A DNA stretch of 56,240 bases, filler included, from Perkinsus olseni (GCA_013115125.1; 2 parts of 2 records of this genome joined end to end with filler, not necessarily neighbours in it); one strand, 5' to 3'. Positions 25,090 through 38,016 are shown, numbered from the whole stretch's first letter. Notes: generated from the letters alone by a model not told the origin. Translations and numbers: made by a program.

Positions 25090-25807
25090 CTAGGCAGACA
25101 ACAGAGCTTCAGTTAGAGGAGGGTTGTCGGTTCTGGCTCCTTCCTCCCGAGTGTTGTTCTTGAGGGTTAGGTCGAGGCACTCCCTCAACAGTCGTTCCAA
25201 TACGAACCCGCCAAGACAGGACAATACGACCAGAATGTTACTCCGATCTGAAAACTATGAATGACGAGCTTCGACCTAAGATATGTCTGGGAAAATCGAA
25301 ACAGCAATGTTTTCAGACCTAGAACGAATGGCGAAACTCCTAAAACTGTCACCATGGACCTACTCGCCAAACCTAGACACTGCACGAGAATTGAAGACGC
25401 TTATCCGGCGAATCTTAGGGGGGTCGATGACGAAGTGTCCTTCTCACCCTTACCGCGACTACCTGTTATATAGCAAACCGCCAAGACGATAACGTTCTCC
25501 CAACCCCACAGTTGTGATAGGAATTCCAACAGGGAATAAGAAGCATCCCACTCCTCTGCATCGAATGCATTCACAGTCCGCCAACCTGAGAGAGTCCAAA
25601 CACCTTCCCTGTGCGCCCGAGCGAAGATACTCCACGTCTCAGACACTGCAATACTGATTTCTTTTCAAAACTCGCCCCCTCAGGGCGGAATCCTTCTCTG
25701 TGCGCAAAGATACTCACTGGTCCACCAACAGCCCAGTCCAGCCAGTCCAGAGATCGCTGCGCCTGATTGTGATCGGGCTCGTGAAAAGGAGAACGCCTGA
25801 GGGGCAT
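25090..25807 (-). CDS. Hypothetical multi-exon membrane protein
   Basis: MPLRRSPFHEPDH.. / ..WDASYSLLEFLSQLWGWENVIVLAVCYI / ..MVTVLGVSPFVLG / ..ILVVLSCLGGFVLERLLRE..LLSA*. Confidence 0.4.
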
Positions 25808-28015
25808 ATATGATAATCACCAACGCACCACCAGCAGTCAGTTTTCGCAACCCGAAAATTGAGGGAAGATCGTGGCAAAAAAATCTAAGAACTAATTTTA
25901 CATTTTTTCGGATTTATTTCAACGCTATTATAACGCTATTGTCCCAAAATTCGTAAAACTTTAACGAGTAAACAAATTGACGAACTTCTTTCTCGTTTAT
26001 TTCGAAACAAACCTTTCAAGCATTCACCTTCGTTCTCGACAGAATTTCCGCCGCACGAGGCCCCTTCCCCTATTACACATAATATGACTGCGACCGCCAT
26101 ACTGAGGAGGACGCAATAGCCGTTCCAAGGGCCGATGCGCCGCGATGGCCCCGAGGAGAGAAATAACACTACTAAAGTCGTTCTAGCACATGCTGAACAC
26201 GAATAGTATCTAACACCAGGTAATAGTAGCGCCACAGTAGACCTTTCTGCACTTGCATGAATCGAGCGGTTTCGGATTCATGCGGTCTCGCCATTCCATT
26301 GCTCTGTGATTGGTCTGAGTATCTCCTCATGGCACGAATGATTGCTGTCATTTCAGTTCAGTTTATTCTGTTCTGCCTCTGCCCTTTGCTGTTGGGCTCG
26401 TCTCTCTCTGGCTCTATACTGTCGTCCGTGCATCTGTCTTCACCACCGCTTGGCTGAAGACTACCGTCAGTATATCCCTCCCTGCTCTACTCTACTATTG
26501 CTATATCTATACGCAGTCTTGGGTGTTGCGTCCCACAAGCTCCGCAGTGATCTCAATCCCGCTGCTATTAGGTCACGTATTTAGCGCGCGCCCTGATGAT
26601 CGAACCCAACTTACAGCAACGACATAATTTGCCTTATAATGGACTTTGGTGAAATGGATTTGTCCACCTCTGATCGAGCCAACAGCACACCCACGAAAAA
26701 GGCCGAAAGAAAGATACCCCACAGTGAGACTCTCCTGAGAAAAAGCGAAAGAGTCTGGTGACCGGTGATTGGATGGCAGAAGCCCCCATGGACCAGTCAG
26801 AAGGGAAGACTGTGGTCGGATCGGCGCAGTGCAGCAAGGAGGCCACGATTTCGACGACATAGAAGAATATTCCCGCGCGCCACGAAATGACCGCTCTCAC
26901 CTGAGTGATTCTTCATCAAGAACCACTTGCGGGTCCACTCGATACTGCATCCACTCTGCCGACCATGACCCCAGTGGACCGGGCAGCTGAAGACATAAGC
27001 TAGAGGTGTCAGAAAAATGCTGACACGGTCGAAGCCACCGGGTTAACGATGGTAAGACCTTCACATGAATATTCAGACGTCGCCACAGAACCAATGGCGA
27101 TTATGATGAAATGGGAAATCCAACTCAGGAGAGCAGCAGCAGCAGTCGCCTGCTCCATCTGAGTATCAGATGGAGCAGATGATGATTTTGGACTGCGCAA
27201 GAGGAGACTGAGGCTGATCGACTATGACAGTTCCACGGTGATGATGCGTAACGATGCGAATTGGAACTAGTGGGCTTTCCCTTTACTACGGAGTAATATC
27301 TGAATCCATTGCCCTGTATTCTGCTGTAGGGCGTCTCCACACTCACAAGGATACTCCCATAGAGGGCCAGGCTCGGCATTATCGACATTCCCGCATACAC
27401 CACTTGGACCTCCTCGAACTTATGGGAATCCTGCAAGACGGTAATATCAGAACCAAACGATGGCGGGATCGATCATCAAGGCGCGCGCTAAACTCCGGGA
27501 AGCCTTTCTTCTTCCACAGGTTACAGATTGTGGACTCTCCATCATACAGTGGAACGACCAGTTCGGCCCCACTGTGAGCTAAAGCACGATTTCTCGCCTC
27601 CCTCTACTCGGAGATGCTCCAATTGTAGCCAGGCCCTGGACTTAAGTTCTATTCAAACCTCGGGGCTTTGCTGCAGTAGTTAACACCAGTTGAAGTACGG
27701 TACCATAACTCCGTGACATTACCTTGCATCGAGAGAGGGACTTTAAGCACAAAAACAGAGGGTAGAGGCCAAAAGCCGCCAAGAAAGCCTTAAAGAAGCT
27801 CCTATGGTATCTGTCAAAATATAATAATGACACCCCAACCAGGACATCCTACTCACCCTAGTTGGACTGCATAATAAAGGCATGGTGCGGTAGGGAGGAG
27901 GGCTAGGGGCCATCCCCACTGCCGGAGTTCCCTTCTAGGACAGGTTACTGCTACCCAAGTAGCGTAGTACTGGAAGACCAGCCAACAGACGTAACTGAAG
28001 AGAGACATCAGTGAC

Positions 28016-28086
28016 TACAGGGTGTTCCAATTCGATATGCAAATCACAAAAATCAGTCTAATTCAGCACATACTACGTGTTTGAGG
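28016..28086 (+). mobile_element. Tc1/mariner-like terminal inverted repeat cut by the assembly gap
   Basis: TA followed by CAGGGTGTTCCAA, a typical mariner-type terminus. The partner TIR was not seen. Confidence 0.4.
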
Positions 28087-28186
28087 NNNNNNNNNNNNNN
28101 NNNNNNNNNNNNNNNNNNNNNNNNNNNNNNTTAATTAATTAANNNNNNNNNNNNNNNNNNNNNNNNNNNNNNNNNNNNNNNNNNNN
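28087..28186. other. Assembly gap spacer (N44-TTAATTAATTAA-N44)
   Basis: 100-nt artificial linker with stops in all six frames. Confidence 0.97.
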
Positions 28187-29372
28187 GTGGAAAGCTCTAT
28201 GAAACCGGCTCAGAATCGCTTAAAATGGGTTTTGAAGAAAAATTTCAGAAAATTTCAGATAAATTCTGAAAAATTCAGAAATATTTCACTTGAAATATTT
28301 CACGGTGCTGCGGGACTAATCTCAGCCACCCTGCTCAACACAACCTCATCGGATGCAACCTAGGGGAGCCGTTGTATAAGAGGTAAACTAGAGACTGAAG
28401 GATCGCCAGGTGTTGGTCCATGACATCACCACACCTACACGTATGCCCAGTATCCCTGGCAGGGATTCCCTGCGACGCAGGGTCTGCGTGACCTCACAAC
28501 ACCTGTACGCATGACCAGCGTCCCTCCGTGACGACGTCACAACTGTACGCATGCCCATCGTCTCTCCATGACATTGCTCAACCTACAAGCATGCTCAGGG
28601 CTCGACTGTTCGCGCGCACGCACGAAGCTGAGATTCGGAATCTCGCTCGCTCGTTGCATGAAACGGTTGCAGCCCATCGGCCGAAAGGGATAGAAGAAGA
28701 AGCTTTAATTCCCATTATACTCAATCCCGTGTCCATCCCAGGTGCTGTTGAGTCAACCAGTGCGGGTGTTACTACTAGCATCCCCCCTGAGGCTACACGG
28801 ATGTGGTCTACAAGCATGGCGAGTGTTCTTCTGTGACACCACCACGCCTATATGTCTGCTGGATTAACAGCCCTGTATTATACTCCCCCGCCACGCCTTT
28901 TTCATATTAGTTGCTCTCGTTTTCTTTCGATTGCCTATCCATTGCCTACCGATTGCCCTATTTCATAGGGGCGAGACAAGGCCTCAAATTGAGGCCCTCA
29001 ATAACCCCCCTGTGAGCAGAGCTGTGGGGGGTTTCATGTAGAGGCCTCGGGGACCTTTAGCGGCACGACGTCGAGGGGGAGGTATCTGGGGAGGCTGATC
29101 GACCATTAGAGAGTGAAGTGCAAAACAGGTTGCGGACACCGAAATCGAACATACCATTTGCGGAGTCGAATCCCCCCAAGCCGCGAAAATGAAAGTTCCA
29201 AGAACCGTCCACGGATATGGAAGGTTCGAATGCGAATTTGAACCTCATATTTTGAAGTTCATTGTTTCTGAAAGTCCCATCGTGTCGGAATTGAACTTAC
29301 GAAGGACTAACATGCGCATTTGAAAGTTCCACCACGGAATTAGAAGTTATCCGACCTACCCAGACTTCCCGT

Positions 29373-29790
29373 CAGTTCTTAATCAACAACAAGACGTAGG
29401 TCATTCGTCGGTGAACGCGGAGAGCGTTCTTTGCTACGCTTCCGCCAGTCATGCTGAACCCCCCCACACCGGCGGAAAGCGCACCGATGTAAGGGTTCCA
29501 GGCTTACCACTCCACGGACGTCGGGGGCCGGAGTAGGGCCGGTTTTGGTCTTATCGGGGTTATCCGGGTCGTCCTCAACCTCGTCGGACGACGTGCTAGA
29601 CTTCTTACGGCCACCGGTTCTTTCCCATCCTCGACCTCGTGATCCTCCACGACTTCGCCAGAGGTGACGCCCGCACTGCACGGCGTGCAGTGCACGCGCA
29701 CGCACAGACCAGTAAAGACATCCCCAACCAAAAGTTGTCGCGCTCAAGGTCCTTAGCCTAGTCTAATGGCTTGTTGTTGATTAAGAACTG
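29373..29790. mobile_element. MITE-like element, 418 bp, perfect 21-bp TIRs
   Basis: CAGTTCTTAATCAACAACAAG (29373-29393) and its exact reverse complement (29770-29790), with GT on both flanks. Confidence 0.7.
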
Positions 29791-30970
29791 GTGGTCCTGT
29801 TGACAATCACCAGGTAATCGTATCATACGATTCGTATGTGTCTATTCTACCCGTTCATTGGGACACTCTTGTGTTAGCTTCGTGGGTGTTCCGCTGTTCC
29901 CTTTGTGCGCCCTGCGACCCCCTCGGGATCGGACGGAAACCGTCTCCAGTCAATATCTTCTAACGTTCGTTAGAACACTAACTCCAATTATCCGTGCGGA
30001 ATAGATATTCCCGTTTCAGATTCGTACATTTAACCTCGCTCGCCAGGCGAGCCTCGCCTCTACGAACTTGATGATTCCATTGAGTGACTTCGTCTCGGAC
30101 ACGGCATTTTTCTCTCAAAGATTCTATCTCACATAATATAGTCCTGCTCCATCACGCGTCATGATTAAAACCCAAGGAGTCTCCAAGTAGCTCATTGAGC
30201 AGCCCTAGCCTGCCAGCGGTTTATTACGCTCTCAGGACCAGCTGGTAGTATCGGAAGGTCATCACTCTCCCATGGACTATTGCCAACGCTTCTCTTTTTG
30301 TCCGTTTACGGAAATGAGATATGTTCTCAGAAGAACCGAAACTTTCGAGAAGCACTGAACCCGAGGAAGCCGGGTGCGATGCACACTCGTGGACCAATAC
30401 CCGACAGCGCCACTGCGCTACTGCTACAGTAGAGTGCGCTTGAGGCTGGTTCTGTACCGCAGTGCTTCAATTCAATTCAAACTTTATTGCCTGGCCGTTA
30501 CAAGCTCGAAGCTTATCGCTCATCACCCGACCCGCGCAAGCGGATCCCGATATGGCTAGACCCAACCATAGAGCCTTAAAACAACGGAGGTTAATCAATC
30601 TTTCATCATCAGCTCGGAGTTTCTTGAGAGGAGCTTCATCACAACTACGTCGTGTAGCCAGGCAGGGCGGTGAGTGAGGCCTGTCACACTGGCCAGCCTA
30701 CTAGACATGAGGGAGAAAAAGGTGAAAGGAGAATTAAGTTGTCCCAGGACCAACAACTATGATTGCAGAAACTCACATGATTAGATGGTGAGAGGATTTG
30801 CAGCAGGGGAGGGCCCAACCAATACCGTGTCACCAGCAAGGGGTATGCCGTATGGGTACGGCAGGTTCGATCTCTACTTTGTACCGGGAAACCCCGGCCA
30901 CCCTCACGCGACGCTGACGCGTAGAGACCTGTGAGGGCCGCTGTGTTTCCTGTATGAACTGTGACGCTGT

Positions 30971-31183
30971 TGCTTCTCCATTGTTGCTCATAGTCAACGC
31001 GAGGCGAGAAGGAGTGTAAAGTCTTCTACTTGGTTCTCTTCGGGGGGGGGGGGGGCGGGTGTAAAAGTGTTACTCATTGCGCGTCGATCATCTTGTGCAT
31101 GCGTGCACAGCCACTACTCCAGCTGAGTAGATGAGTTCCGCCCTCCTCGTCTTCCGTTGACCATGAGCAACAGCGGAGAAGCA
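30971..31183. mobile_element. Foldback/MITE-like element with imperfect long TIRs and an internal G14 run
   Basis: TGCTTCTCCATTGTTGCTCATAGTCAACG matches the reverse complement of 31155-31183 at 26/29, with weaker similarity further inward. No TSD. Confidence 0.55.
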
Positions 31184-31264
31184 CCGAATGCTGGCCCCCT
31201 TAAGTGGCACGCAAACCGTTGCACCCTCAACGTAGTGCCGATTCCTCCTTCGTCACCAGTGGTG

Positions 31265-31313
31265 ACGGCCACGGCCAGTGGTGAGTCACTGACTCACCAC
31301 TGGCCGTGGCCGT
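31265..31313. repeat. Perfect 49-bp palindrome (24-bp arms, 1-nt spacer)
   Basis: ACGGCCACGGCCAGTGGTGAGTCA-C-TGACTCACCACTGGCCGTGGCCGT. Confidence 0.95.
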
Positions 31314-31358
31314 TGCTCCGGCGGCACTGAACGACACTCCGAGAGAATATTGAAACCA

Positions 31359-33416
31359 TCAGAAACACCATGCACCTCTCAGACACATCGCCGCGTAGAG
31401 GGACATCCGAGCCTTCTGACAAGCTTCGCATCGAACGTGCAACTTGGAGACACCGCACTCAGAATTCACCGCCAAACGCCTCGCCACTGATATCGGTTTC
31501 CCAGGAGGCCTGGAGTCTCGGGGACCCTCCTCAGTGTCGTAATACCGGTCCACCGGACTCGGAAGCGTAGCGATCGGAAGACAGAGCTCACCAAGCACCA
31601 TAAAGGAAGCCACTGCAGTGACCCAGTCAGCCTCGAAATTCCGCAGTTCTCCCAGAAGGGCGTGGAAGGTTTTCCGAGAACTCCGCACGCGTGACGTGAG
31701 AAGGAGTCGTGCTAGATGATGAGCCGGAAGAAAGCTCCTGTACTCGCGCAAGTGGCGCATCCTCAGCCTTCTCCCCACCGAACCTTCATACAAGGTACCA
31801 TCGATAACACGACCAATCACCCCTATCGGTCTTGCGCCAGGATCGACCTTGGATACCAATCGTGAACTGGTCCAAGACCCGAACCGATGGCAATATGCCA
31901 AGGCAGCTGCGGCCTGACTGGAGTCCGCACTCTTACTGAGCGCGTTGAACAGTCGCCTCTGCCGAGCTCGGTCGTGCAGCCCCACCGCGTTGGCGGCCAC
32001 CAGAGCCAGCGCAGCAGCGGAGGGCGTGATCTCCTTCGACGACGAACGACCGATGCTGTCTCGTAATGAAGCCCTGTACTCATACAGTAAAGCGCAACCT
32101 CCGACCTCGGATACTCCGATCACCAACCGACTCATCTCCTCCAGACTAAGATCGAGCCGAGCCATAACTTCCAGTATTCTCCGCAATATCTCCGCTCGAT
32201 CTACTCCGCACAGCCTCCCTCCAGCGACGACGCACTCGACGCTCTCCACCACCACTTTTCCGCTGGGCAAATCTTCCTTCTCGAACCCGCTGTCATCTAA
32301 CTTGAATATGACGTTACTTTTCTCGCCTTTACGCTCGGTCCTTCCCTCCCCTGAGAGCCTCGATGTCAACACCCGAGCAATCGATTCTACAATACTTTCG
32401 TCAGCCCGCACTTCCAAAGCCGCACACGCCCGCTGGAACTTCACAAGGTCATCGAGGGTTTCCCTGACAGAGCCTCTCGTAGCGACCACGAGACTTCGAA
32501 CTCTCGAGTCAGCGCTCTGTGCTGTCTCCGCGAAGGCCTCGACAAGTTCGGCAATCGCCGAGAAACCGCATCGCGCCACAAAAACTTCCGCGGAGTAATT
32601 TGTTAAAATTCTATCAGAAATTGCCTTCAACACCAACCGATTACGAATGGCTCCGGCAATCTCGCAAACTTCTTCCGGAGTCGCCATGCTGAGCAACCGA
32701 AGCGCGCGCGCAGCCAGTGCGGCATCCAAGGTCGAGGGCCGCGGTCCAGCAGACTGCCGGGCGAAGTCCAGGAGCTCTGGCACGTTCATCTTTCGGATCC
32801 TCGTCAAACCTTCGGTGTCGAGCATCTTCGAGATTATTTTCGTCGGCGGCCCCACTGGGTCAATCTGGCAACAGGAAAAGAATCTCCAAAAATACATGAG
32901 ATCAAAATCGAGCGACACGCCATCCCGTGGGCTATGATTCTGTGGCATGAGCGAGTCGGAAGATACCAAAAGATTCACGAGATTCGATAACAGCCAACAC
33001 AAGAAAGCATTGCTACTGTAACGAGTGGGACAGCTAAGGACAGCCACTGCATCTAAGGAAGCCCACCACCGAAATGCACCACCATCTCCGAGCAAACGAT
33101 TATTCAATCAATAAAAACTAACAAAAAACTTTTTTGAAAAAAGCTAACAATTGTTAGGGACACTATTTCGGGAAAAAATTCTTCCTTTCCTTACCGTAAA
33201 ATAATGAAATTGCATCGAAGACCTCCGATCGTTATACATCTCTTTAGCATCTCTCTTGGCCACGGTAATTCTGTCCCTTCTCTCGAGCTTCCAAGTTCGA
33301 TGGGCAATCTCATTGGCGAACCTGTACTTGGTCTTCTTTATTTTAATTTCTTGCGCTTTTCCGGGAGTGCTCAATTTCGCAGCCAGAAGACACCTCCCTC
33401 GCCGCAGGGCCGCCAT
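31359..33416 (-). CDS. Hypothetical alpha-helical protein with a putative mitochondrial presequence
   Basis: First exon MAALRRGRCLLAAKLS..(33416), then a long ORF 31359..33107 with Ala/Leu/Arg-rich helical segments (MATPEEVCEIAGA; LSLEEMSRLVIG; ITPSAAALALVAA). Confidence 0.6.
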
Positions 33417-33503
33417 GGGGCAAAAGTAGCTGTTTTAACCCGCGTTAAAACGTCCGATTGATAACTCTGATCGCGCTCGTTTAGTAAGAGGAAACTGAGC
33501 AGC

Positions 33504-36500
33504 CTAGGATCGCTTGAAGAACTGAACCAACGACTCGACGGCACTGTACAGACCGATGACTGTGAAGACCAGGAAGGCCTGAAGTTAAGCGTTGAGGAAT
33601 CGCGAGAACGCAAGTGAACCTTATCTTACCACAGTGATGACCCCGCTACGCAATGTCAGTCCTTCATGAAGGCACAGCACGCAGGCGGGGAAGACGAAAA
33701 TCAGCATCACTGCGCAGAAGCCTCCCAGAACGCCCAGCAGATCAACCAATGACGGTACCTACAGCCATAAACGTCTAAGGGATAGAGCATCGGTTTATCA
33801 TCCGAAAGGTATCGGGATCGATCCTTCGACGCGGCACTTACTGCTATGGCACATAGTGCACATATCACGCACAGAAGAAGCGTCGTAGTCGTAACTGACA
33901 AGGATTGCTCGGAGGGACCTACGCGACGACATCCCCTTGAAGGACGCGTCACCCTTCTCTCCTCGTTAAGACTTTTCCTCTTCACTGCGGGAATTCCTTC
34001 AACAACTTTTCATCAACGGACGAGCGATATAGAAGAATGAAAGAAGAGATATATAAATAAGAATCAGATAATAAGTAGGGAATCTTGAACGAAGGTCTTT
34101 CCAAAAAAATAATATCTTTTCGACTCGTCAAAAGCAACCTTGGAACGCTCAAGCCGGATATCATACAGACCTTAAGAACAGAGAAATCCTGTGTGACTTC
34201 TGGCGATGATTTTTCCTGTAGGAAAATTCAGACCCTTCCAAAAGCACGACAGCGCTGACGCTTACAGGCGATCTTCGACACGCGCGAGGCCGCCGTTTCG
34301 GAGCTGTGAGCTGGAGAGGCTCCGTCCTGCCCGTTGGAGGTACCGTTCAGAAGTGGCTCTGACCTATTTCGTCTCGACCCCTGATCAACCTAAGATACGT
34401 CACGCGGCTACTCACAGGCCCTTACGTCCATTGACGGGAAAGCCGCTAGCATCAACCTCAGGATATTCTCCCTAGCTGGATTCAAACACAGTACCGAACC
34501 TAGAAAAATCTCGATCTTGCTCTCTTGCAATTCCTCAACGCCAGCGCCTACAGACTATCAACATCGGCGTCATCGCGACTCTCGCAATGGTCGCCAAAAC
34601 AGAATTTGATGGCCAACACGACAAAACCTGAAAGATACTCAAAGATACGCATCACGTATCAACCTAAGATACCTAGGACAAAAATCAAAAGCGACCCAAA
34701 ACAGCATCATCAACGGAACCACAACGAGCGCTATATGGCCTCACCCTCGCGCGAATGAATTGTTTAACTGATGGTCGTCCGAACGTCGAGAAGGACGCGA
34801 GGCAGACCCTAACCTCTTTCAACTTGACAGTTTTTCACCCGCGTGTACGAATTCCCCAAAACTTACATCAGCGCCGTCCTCCGCCGTGAGCAGTCCACTT
34901 CCCCAGAGATGATACCTGAGAATTACCAACGCCGACTCCTAGCGGTACATATTTTAGCCACCAAAAATCCTGTAGAGTCACGATAGACGACAAAACAAAT
35001 ATTTTTCCTGCTCTTGCAGTGGTCCGATCCAGCAGTACTTTCTGCGCCCGATACTAGGTCATGCCGATGCACCCCTCCGCTCTTCGGGAGCGCGAGGGCT
35101 GTGTAACTGATTTTTGAGTAGCTCCTAGAACGACTCTATTTGTGTCTAAGTATCTTAAACCCTTCTCAAAACCCACCACTAGGTCTGTGTTGCTCGTGGT
35201 GAAGCTGACTGAGGTGACATTCCAATTTGAATTTCCATTTCATGATAGGTATTATTATAAATAGATTATGATCCTTTAGTATACAATAACATATTGAATT
35301 AATAGATATCTCAAAATTTTATATTAATGGTTTCATGGACCCAATTTTCAAATTTTCATGGACCCAATTTTCATGATTCCCATTTGGAGCACTGTATCAT
35401 TTCCATGACATCCTTCGCCCTGGAAACCCACCCGAACGCTCCAACCGCTCCGTAAGCGACAAGCATGCAAATTGTGGCGGAGATGAGCATCTTGTTTGAC
35501 CGTTTCACCGTGGGATTGGCGAGCTCAGAATTAACCGGAAAAACCTATGAAAAAAATACAAAAAATAACGACAACTTCAGCTGAAAAAAAGGATACGTCG
35601 GGAGAAAACCGTCTCGAAAAAAATCCAACTAATACACGGAAAATTTGCGAAAAAAATTCTACCGCACAAAAAAATTTCGGGAAAATGATTCATGTCTATT
35701 TTATTGCAGGAATGATACTATAAAAACGGACGGAGATAATAGTGATGTGCGGAAAATATCCAAAAAATTTGCGATTTTTTTCCCGGAAATTTCCCAAAAA
35801 ACTCAGCCATTCTTACGTTCATGTGACACATAAATGCGAAGAAAAATATACTGCATGAATTGGCCACGCCGTTGAAGGTGACAGGGGGAGGCACTCGAGG
35901 GGAAGGACAGTTGGACGATTCTGAAATAAAAATTATCAGGACGGGAATCTTAGGTCGACCCATGTGAATCACAGAGGTGCGGTCGACAAGGAAGTTGTTC
36001 TCTGGATCCGAATATCTTAGGTTGAAGCTAGTGTTTCATAGTATAATAGTTAGAGTATCTTAGGTTGAAGCTAGTGTTTCATAGTATAACANNNNNNNNN
36101 NNNNNNNNNNNNNNNNNNNNNNNNNNNNNNNNNNNNNNNNNNNNNNNNNNNNNNNNNNNNNNNNNNNNNNNNNNNNNNNNNNNNNNNNNCAGTTTGAGTA
36201 TCTTAGGTTGAAGCTAGTGTTTCATAGTATAACAGTTTGAGTATCTTAGGTTGAAGCTAGTGTTTCATAGTATAACAGTTTGAGTATCTTAGGTTGAAGC
36301 TAGTGCTCCACAGTCCGCAGTAGAACTCACCTCGGTCCAACGGCAGGAAGGTCGACACGAAGAGCATCAGTATCTGCAAAAATTCCGATTCGACACATAA
36401 AACGTTTAAAGATACTCAGATTCCATCGAGTGCACGCGTCAACCTAAGATATTCGACATCCTGCCTACTAATGTTGCCAGAGACCATGAAGAGTATCTTT

Positions 36501-37484
36501 CGACTCCGTAAATGCCACACTCGACCTCGGATTCTTACCACGTAAAAAATGGGCAGCGTGCACAGGGCCGTGAGGAACCTCCATCGAGTGACGGATTGGG
36601 GAAGGCAGAGCGGAAAAATGAACTAAAAAATACCTCAACCAGGAATTGAACCCGGGACCTCACCAGTAGCGTCAGAATCATTATTATCAACGCCTTATTG
36701 TCAAACCACGCGGAGGTGGTGAAGATTCCTATGAAATCATGAATCTGAAAGAAAACGTAAAAACCACAAAAAATCCGAAAAATCCAAAAAAACCACGAAA
36801 AAAATTGCAAAACCTCTCAGAGGGACAAAATTAAGAAAAAACGGAAACTCGAAGTGCTTAGATAAAGAACGTGAGAATTTCTCACTGAGAAAAATGCGTG
36901 AAAAATCAACAAAGACGGAATAATTTTCCCCGGAATGTTTTGCATCTTACAAAGTCGAACATGAAATTCATGAAAGCCGCCGTCGCTCCGAAACAATCCA
37001 GAAACAGGACAGCCTCCACCACACGACAACTGGCGGATCCTGACAAAAACACTTCGATGTAAAAAGCGCGCGCCCTGATGATCGATTTGTTACCCATATA
37101 AAGTTTCACGCAGTCCTGATAGCTGTTCATTCCGGTCGCCCTGCCAACGTCGAGAAGGACTTTCATCGACACCAGCGAAGCGACGCCGCTCAGAATCAGA
37201 ATGGCCATCCCCCACCACATTCCTAAATCTTGCAATCTTGCATTTCCTCAACGCTCAGGAATCCCACCTAAAACTGCAAACGCCCAGGGTAAGCTCAGGA
37301 TACCAACACCAACAGCAGAAAACACCAATGTAAATACGCAGACCCGTAGTGAACCTAAAGATACCAAAATTTAATTTCGTGGCGCGTGACGTTTGTCCTT
37401 GCCTGGATGCAGCGGACTGAACGCCCGTTCGAGCCACGATCGGTGACCTCCCTCATGAACAGAACTCTCCGCAGGTCCGGCCAT
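33504..37484 (-). CDS. Amino-acid transporter, AAAP/SLC38-like (Aa_trans), multi-exon, spans a gap
   Basis: GSLRVCVFTLVFSAVGVGILSLPWAFAVL/GMWWGMAILILSG..SYQDCVKLYMG; VEAVLFLDCFGATAAF; C-terminal VPSLVDLLGVLGGFCAVMLIFVFPA../AFLVFTVIGLYSAVESLVQFFKRS*. The first intron (37355-37402) is GC-AG. Confidence 0.88.
36010..36305. repeat. 43-bp tandem repeat (minisatellite) in a transporter intron, interrupted by an N gap at 36092-36189
   Basis: Unit GAGTATCTTAGGTTGAAGCTAGTGTTTCATAGTATAACAGTTT, with starts at 36196, 36239 and 36282 (partial) and two more copies before the gap. Confidence 0.95.
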
Positions 37485-38016
37485 CAGAAATGAACTGGAA
37501 AAATCGGAAAACTCAGAAAAAAAACGGAAAATTCCACGAAAAATATCGAAAATTCCCGTCGCGATTGATGATATTTCAGTCAACTTTCGATGAACTTTTT
37601 TTCAGAATTTTCTTCAACGGCAGAGCATCTTTCCCAGGCGACAAAAAAATAAGAAGGGAGGGAAAATGCAGCCGAAAATTCTCCGGAAAGTTTTTCCGAA
37701 AATTACCGTGAGAGGGGCCACGCTCGCCAGAACTCACAAGCGACATAATAACAAGAAGACAGGAAAAAGCCAAAAATTTCCGGAAATTTTCGCAAGAAAT
37801 TCGCCACGCAACTTTGAACTCAACAGTCAAAAAATCCCGAAAACTGATTGGTCACGCGACCCGCACGCGGAAGATTTTGAAAGATACTCATGGCGACACG
37901 ATAGCACACACTAACCTATGATACTTCAGATGCACAAAAACAATATTCTAACCAAATTTTTCACAATGAAAAAAACGCTTCGCTCCGCCTTTTTGTAATT
38001 TCGTGGCGCAGTGACG

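Noticed and set aside
26090-27600. Plus-strand gene
   Set aside because: Only short stop-interrupted frames; no consistent exon chain or recognisable domain could be built.
28131-28142. TTAATTAATTAA palindrome
   Set aside because: It is centred in an N run and is an artificial six-frame-stop linker.
28950-29050. Cluster of short hairpins as a structured ncRNA
   Set aside because: Stems are only 6-8 bp, no family is recognisable, and the region lies in a TE-rich patch.
31945-32937. Plus-strand ORFs of 217 and 96 aa (likewise 17179..17664)
   Set aside because: Antisense shadows of long minus-strand coding regions.
36010-36305. CRISPR-like array
   Set aside because: Units are head-to-tail near-identical with no unique spacers, there are no cas genes, and the context is a eukaryotic intron.
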